A stretch of 64,000 nucleotides of DNA from Cyanobacteria bacterium P01_F01_bin.150 (GTDB taxonomy: Bacteria; Cyanobacteriota; Cyanobacteriia; CAKZMO01), in NCBI GenBank assembly GCA_039189765.1, contig JBCCYL010000005.1, positions 1-64,000 of the forward strand, read 5' to 3'. Shown here in pieces: positions 59,307-64,000 of the stretch. Within the stretch, counting starts at the first letter, position 1. The number at the start of each line of letters is the position of its first letter. The notes beneath the pieces are model-generated. The model saw only the letters and a program-made list of their open reading frames with translations. It ran no database searches and had not been told where the DNA came from. Position numbers and translations under genes: made by a program.

Positions 59307-62300
59307 TCAACTAACCCCATATAAAACGTTGACGGTTCCTTCCCCGACACCGAGACCTGGAGGAGTAGCGAAGTTTTCTCTGGGAGCACCGATCGCTAAG
59401 TCAAAGGCTCCATTCCCATTGAAGTCACCAGCGCCTAGGCCTGCAGCAAAAACATCACCAGAAACACGACCATTATCAACAAAGCCTTCAGAGATACCTT
59501 CAACACCTGGTGAATTCTGAGACCAAACTTGGTTACCCGCTCGGGTTAAGCCATCAGGTGAGCCATAGATAATATGAGCTTGTCCAGCATTGGTATTTTC
59601 ACCTGGAGCACCAATGGATAGATCATCGTAACCATCGCCATTAAAATCACCAACGACCAAATCACTGCCAAAATCATCTCGAAACTCCGCAGTGTCTTGA
59701 ATACCAGCAGTGTTTTGAGACCAAAACTGATTTCCCGTGGCGGTCAAACCATCACTGGCACCATAAATAATATGAACACCGCCCTCAGCCGCTATGGAAT
59801 TCGAACCATTAATATCTTCATCCGCAACGCCTATGGCTAAATCATCAAATCCGTCATTATCAAAATCACCCACGGCGAGAGCCTCACCAAATCTATCGCT
59901 AAACTCAGCCGTCTCTAAAATGCCAAAGCTATTCTGCGACCACAGTTGATTTCCCGTGGCGGTCAGACCATTGCTGGAACCATAAATCACACTCACGGCA
60001 CCAGCGTTGGCAACGGAGCCAATATCTTCTCCGGGAACGCTAATCGCTAAATCTTCGAAACCATCGTTATCAAAGTCTCCGGCAGCTAGGACGCTCCCAA
60101 ATTCATCGTCTTCATTTTTTCCATTTAAGATCCCAACGCTATCTTGAGACCACAGTTGATTGCCAGTTGCCGTAAGTCCATTCGACGAACCAAAGATAAC
60201 ATTAACGGCTCCTGCATCCAGGTCTTCTCCAGGAACGCCAACCGCTAAATCATCAAAGCCATCGTTATCAAAATCACCAGATGCTAGGGCGCGGCCAAAA
60301 TAGTCACCGCCCAAAGAGAATTCTCCATCTGGGGCTGGATCGCGTTCAGCAGCGTCTTGGATTCCAGGAGAATCTTGAGACCAAAACTGATTTTCAAAAG
60401 ATGATAGACCGAAGATTGAACCGTATATGACGTTAGCACCACCACCATTGGCGATTGAACCAATGTCCTCCTCTGGAATACCCACAACCAAATCGTCAAA
60501 ACCATCGCCGTCAAAATCGCCAGTAGTTAGTTCACTACCAAAAAATTCGCCACTCTCAGCACTGTCTGCAATACCCGGCGAATTTTGAGACCATTGCTGG
60601 CGTCTAGAGGAGGTGAGGCCGCTATTTGAACCATAGATGACGTTTACTTCACCAGCCCTTAGGAGAGAACTAAAGTCTTCTCCAGGAACACCAACAACTA
60701 AATCATCAAACCCATCATTATTAAAATCACCGGATGTCAGGCTAGAGCCAAAACCATCCCCTTCCTCTGAGGTGAGATTTAACCGATCTTGGTTCCACAG
60801 TTGAGAATTTTGGGACGTCAGTCTGGGGGAGTGGCCACTTACAAGCAGAGTATAGTTTTGAGTGACGCCCCTAGGACCACCAATAACGATGTCATAGGTG
60901 CTACTCGGATTAGGATTATCGATCACCACTTGTTCAATATTGTCAACTCGATTCCGCGTCGTTCTGACTGCGGCTGCATTTGGGTTAGACGGATCTAGCG
61001 TCCAAGGATTCCATCTGCTAGTACTACCGTTAGCCTTAGTCTCTACGATGATCATATCGAGATCATTGACCAAGACGGGGGTATTAACGTCCAGCCCTCT
61101 GCCTTGAGGTGTCCCTGCTGGATCGGTCCATACGATGGTGGCTTTAAGGGGATTGCTACCGTCAGAGGCGACTTCAAATGTTTCAATAGATCCAGAGTAT
61201 GTTCTTTCTGAAATAAAGTCAGAGTTACCAGAAATAAGCTCACCATTATTTGACAGGTCTGAATTCACTGCATTTGTGAGGAAATTTGCCGCTGCTGTGG
61301 CATCAACCACTCCCCAACCAAAGGTGTAATCTGGTCCTACATTGCCTGCATCAAAAGCAGTATGGGTTAATAGACCCTTTGTCGTGGCACTGCGGGGTTT
61401 AGTCCCAAACAGGTTTTGATAGTGCTCGATCAACAACACGGCTGTGCCAGTGACATTTGGAGCTGCCATTGAGGTACCGGAAGATGTGCCATAAGTAGTA
61501 TCGGAGGTGCCGACGGATGAGAGCAGGCCGCTGCCATTAGCTACAACGTCAGGTTTAACTCGGCCATCATCGGTTGGTCCCCATGACGAGAAACTTGTTA
61601 TAACCACGTCACGATTGGTGTAGGGGTCCCGTTGTATATCGTTAATAGCCCCTACAACAAGATTATTTTTGGCAGTGCTAAAGTCTGAAATTGAATCGTA
61701 TCCGGTGCCTGCGTTGCCATCACTTCCTGGAGCTGTGACGAGGGCTGTTGGCACCTGATACCAGCCAGCACCAAATCGCCTCCAGTTAACGCCAGGAATA
61801 TTGGGGTCTGAGCTAAAAAAGGTGACAAATGTGGTTCTCCTAGGGCTAAGTCTGTCATTACGTTCGTTACCAGCAGACCAAACGCTCAACAAGTTGGGAT
61901 TACTGAAGAGTACCTGATCTAAGGATTGAGAGATTGCATTATATTTTCCATAATCCACGTCTTCTCGGGAAGAAATGCTATAGTCCTGAAGCCAAACGTC
62001 AATGTTTGAAACTATGCTGCCATTGGTCGTCGTTTGACGAGTTGCAAATTGCCAACCTTGAGCGAATCCGTAGGAGTGATTCGATGCATCAAGTAGTCTC
62101 GCATCTCTGTTGAGTTCAGCTATATCATCTCCGGCGCTATAGCTACGTAAGTTGACTTGGGTTGCCATACCACGAGCGTTATTGTCATCTGTGCTGGGAT
62201 TTGTTGCGATCGCCCCAGTCCCCCCAATCGTCCCTGCTACATGGGTTGCGTGGTTACTAAAGCCCGTTCCAGAGTCAACAATATTTACCCGCCCGTTCAA

Positions 62301-63830
62301 CTGCTCATGGGTATTACGAACTCTCCAACTATTTGTACCCCGCTCCACCGCTTCCCAGATCCCAACGGTTAACCCTGAACCCGTCAAGTTCAAACCAAGG
62401 GAACCACCGGGCTGGAGTTGCTCTGTATTAGTTGTATCTGCAGCCCTAATATTAGTGGGTCTAACAATATTCAAATCATCCGGATGAATACCCTCTCCCA
62501 GGAACCAAACGCCTTCACTGACTTGAATCGGTTCATCTTGCAACCCTAAATCATCTTCTAGGCTAATGGCTTCATCTTCAGGACTGTCTTCCTTTGGAGG
62601 GGTAATTTCAGATCCATCGTCTGGGCTGCCGTCATCTGGGCTGCCGTCATCTGGGGGGTTATTCTCAGATCCATCATCAGGGCTACCGTCATCTGGGGGG
62701 TTATTCTCAGATCCATCATCAGGATTACAGTGCTCTGGGGGGCTATTTTCAGATCCATCATCAGGACTACCGTCCTCTGGAGGGCTATTTTCAGAATTAT
62801 CAATAAGACTGTCGATGTCCACTGTATTGAAATCAACGCCTTTGAGAACGACTAATGATTTCCATTTCTGCCGATCGCCGACTCCATCCACATCGACCTG
62901 TACCACTGTCCGCTTACTTGAGCCTTTAATCCTTACAAAGTCATCAAAAGGAGTATCAGAACGAAAGCGATCGCCCTTAAGAACTCGCGACATATCTAAA
63001 ACATCAGTCCCAACCTCAAAATCAAGAATGACATCAGGTCTATCTTTGAGGTCAGACCGTTTGAATAGGAACGTATCATTACCCAGCCCCCCTCGATGCT
63101 TATCACGGCCCCGACCACCAATGAGTAAGTCATCACCACCTTTACCAATCAATCTATCGTTACCCTTACGTCCTTTCAAAATGTCATCGCCATCTCCACC
63201 AACTAACCTATCGTTACCTTTACTGCCCTTAAGAACAGCATTATCATCACCCCCCCCATCCTTGGGTGGGCTAGACTCGCACCCATCAGTGGGAGGTTCA
63301 ACGATTTGTGAATCTATGATGTTGGCAATGGCAAAGTTGTCCAGAGCAATTTCTTCATTATCCACACCACCGATTTCTGGCCCTTCGGTAACCCTGATTC
63401 GACTAATGGGGGTATCTGCGATAAGGCCAAAGAAAATAGGGTCTGACTCAGTGGCATTAGAGGGGAAAATATTGATTGATGTGGTATCGCCATCGGCAAA
63501 CGTGACATCCACAACAGCGGGGCCTGGCGTATTCGGGTCAAAGGAGGCAATGTCGAAACCGACTGCATTATAAAGTTGGCTGAAGTTAACTTCGTAAAAG
63601 GAATCTTCAGAGACTGAGGCACGATCTAAACCAAATAGACTTGTTCCATCAGACCCTCCAAAAGCAACCAGTCGGGGAAGATTTGAAGTGGCTGTTACCC
63701 CTGGCAAGAATTCAACACCCTCTAAGTTAGAGTTACGTGAGAATCCTTCAAAATCCTGTTCAAAAACAGATTCTAATCCTAATGTGTTGGCATAGGAAAT
63801 GCGATCATTGAATACATTAAATACTGACAT
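59307..63830 (-). CDS. RTX + S8 (subtilase) protease + FG-GAP repeat protein, 1507 aa
   Basis: GGxGxD nonamers followed by a T1SS-target-like domain and a Pro/Asp linker. S8 motifs HATHVAGT, SAGN, DDGRVKPD and GTSMAAP. About seven GDFDNDGFDDLAVGVPGE FG-GAP repeats. Confidence 0.9.
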   Translation of the reverse strand: MSVFNVFNDRISYANTLGLESVFEQDFEGFSRNSNLEGVEFLPGVTATSNLPRLVAFGGSDGTSLFGLDRASVSEDSFYEVNFSQLYNAVGFDIASFDPNTPGPAVVDVTFADGDTTSINIFPSNATESDPIFFGLIADTPISRIRVTEGPEIGGVDNEEIALDNFAIANIIDSQIVEPPTDGCESSPPKDGGGDDNAVLKGSKGNDRLVGGDGDDILKGRKGNDRLIGKGGDDLLIGGRGRDKHRGGLGNDTFLFKRSDLKDRPDVILDFEVGTDVLDMSRVLKGDRFRSDTPFDDFVRIKGSSKRTVVQVDVDGVGDRQKWKSLVVLKGVDFNTVDIDSLIDNSENSPPEDGSPDDGSENSPPEHCNPDDGSENNPPDDGSPDDGSENNPPDDGSPDDGSPDDGSEITPPKEDSPEDEAISLEDDLGLQDEPIQVSEGVWFLGEGIHPDDLNIVRPTNIRAADTTNTEQLQPGGSLGLNLTGSGLTVGIWEAVERGTNSWRVRNTHEQLNGRVNIVDSGTGFSNHATHVAGTIGGTGAIATNPSTDDNNARGMATQVNLRSYSAGDDIAELNRDARLLDASNHSYGFAQGWQFATRQTTTNGSIVSNIDVWLQDYSISSREDVDYGKYNAISQSLDQVLFSNPNLLSVWSAGNERNDRLSPRRTTFVTFFSSDPNIPGVNWRRFGAGWYQVPTALVTAPGSDGNAGTGYDSISDFSTAKNNLVVGAINDIQRDPYTNRDVVITSFSSWGPTDDGRVKPDVVANGSGLLSSVGTSDTTYGTSSGTSMAAPNVTGTAVLLIEHYQNLFGTKPRSATTKGLLTHTAFDAGNVGPDYTFGWGVVDATAAANFLTNAVNSDLSNNGELISGNSDFISERTYSGSIETFEVASDGSNPLKATIVWTDPAGTPQGRGLDVNTPVLVNDLDMIIVETKANGSTSRWNPWTLDPSNPNAAAVRTTRNRVDNIEQVVIDNPNPSSTYDIVIGGPRGVTQNYTLLVSGHSPRLTSQNSQLWNQDRLNLTSEEGDGFGSSLTSGDFNNDGFDDLVVGVPGEDFSSLLRAGEVNVIYGSNSGLTSSRRQQWSQNSPGIADSAESGEFFGSELTTGDFDGDGFDDLVVGIPEEDIGSIANGGGANVIYGSIFGLSSFENQFWSQDSPGIQDAAERDPAPDGEFSLGGDYFGRALASGDFDNDGFDDLAVGVPGEDLDAGAVNVIFGSSNGLTATGNQLWSQDSVGILNGKNEDDEFGSVLAAGDFDNDGFEDLAISVPGEDIGSVANAGAVSVIYGSSNGLTATGNQLWSQNSFGILETAEFSDRFGEALAVGDFDNDGFDDLAIGVADEDINGSNSIAAEGGVHIIYGASDGLTATGNQFWSQNTAGIQDTAEFRDDFGSDLVVGDFNGDGYDDLSIGAPGENTNAGQAHIIYGSPDGLTRAGNQVWSQNSPGVEGISEGFVDNGRVSGDVFAAGLGAGDFNGNGAFDLAIGAPRENFATPPGLGVGEGTVNVLYGVS
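62581..62795 (-). repeat. In-frame 42/15-bp repeats encoding SENNPPDDGSPDDG
   Basis: Repeated TCAGATCCATCATCAGG cores and the matching protein repeat. Confidence 0.85.
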
Positions 63831-63941
63831 TTATTAGTCTCCTGAAAGTTCTTTGTTTTTCCTAATAACAAACTTTTTGAAGATCGGGTTCTGTAGAGTG
63901 AAACGATCCAGGCCTGGTTGACTGACAAAACGTTGCCCCGT

Positions 63942-63989
63942 GGCAGTTAGAAACTGCGGCTATATAAACAAAACCCGCCTACGCGGGTT
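63942..63989. repeat. Cyanobacterial dispersed palindromic repeat arm
   Basis: GGCAGTTAGAAACTGC..AAACAAAACCCGCCTACGCGGGTT forms two small hairpins and is recalled as a common cyanobacterial intergenic repeat. Confidence 0.55.
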
Positions 63990-64000
63990 ACCAGAACCCT

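Noticed and set aside
62566..63573. 335-aa Ser-rich antisense ORF (and similar ones opposite the FHA and giant genes)
   Set aside because: Mirror of Asp/Gly-rich repeats on the coding strand.

Overview
The window has two parts of apparently different origin. Bases 1 to ~2958 are high-GC DNA (roughly 65-70% by eye) that looks alphaproteobacterial. They carry a MATE exporter, an inverted-domain (NewPHL-like) photolyase and the first ~41 codons of a DUF427 gene. From ~2959 the DNA is ~50% GC and looks cyanobacterial, being rich in HIP1 (GCGATCGC) sites and heptamer/REP-like repeats. The join falls at a 30-bp tandem repeat and truncates a gene on each side, so it is probably an assembly chimera or contig concatenation. 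In order, the cyanobacterial part contains: (1) a double-glycine peptide export locus (two precursors, a tandem cNMP-binding protein, HlyD, and a C39-ABC transporter cut by the junction); (2) a 1.1-kb patch of four unrelated gene scraps; (3) an operon of a sigma-like protein, DUF1822, a CHAT(caspase-like)-CHASE2 receptor and DUF928, followed by a 4012-aa RTX/Calx-beta/LamG protein with an HExxH motif; (4) a decayed sll0787-type AIR-synthase-like gene; (5) an AT-rich three-gene island led by a PD-(D/E)xK nuclease, a GAPS4-like defence candidate; (6) an orphan antitoxin; (7) two divergent filamentous-haemagglutinin + TPR-CHAT pairs; (8) a PhnD-like lipoprotein with a histidine kinase; (9) a decaying NarL-type two-component pair; (10) three contractile-injection-system baseplate genes; (11) a beta-helix protein and an RTX/S8 protease/FG-GAP protein. 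The best candidates for under-described systems are the caspase-like-receptor/sigma module and the three-gene nuclease island. All family calls come from motif recognition by eye; no database search was run.
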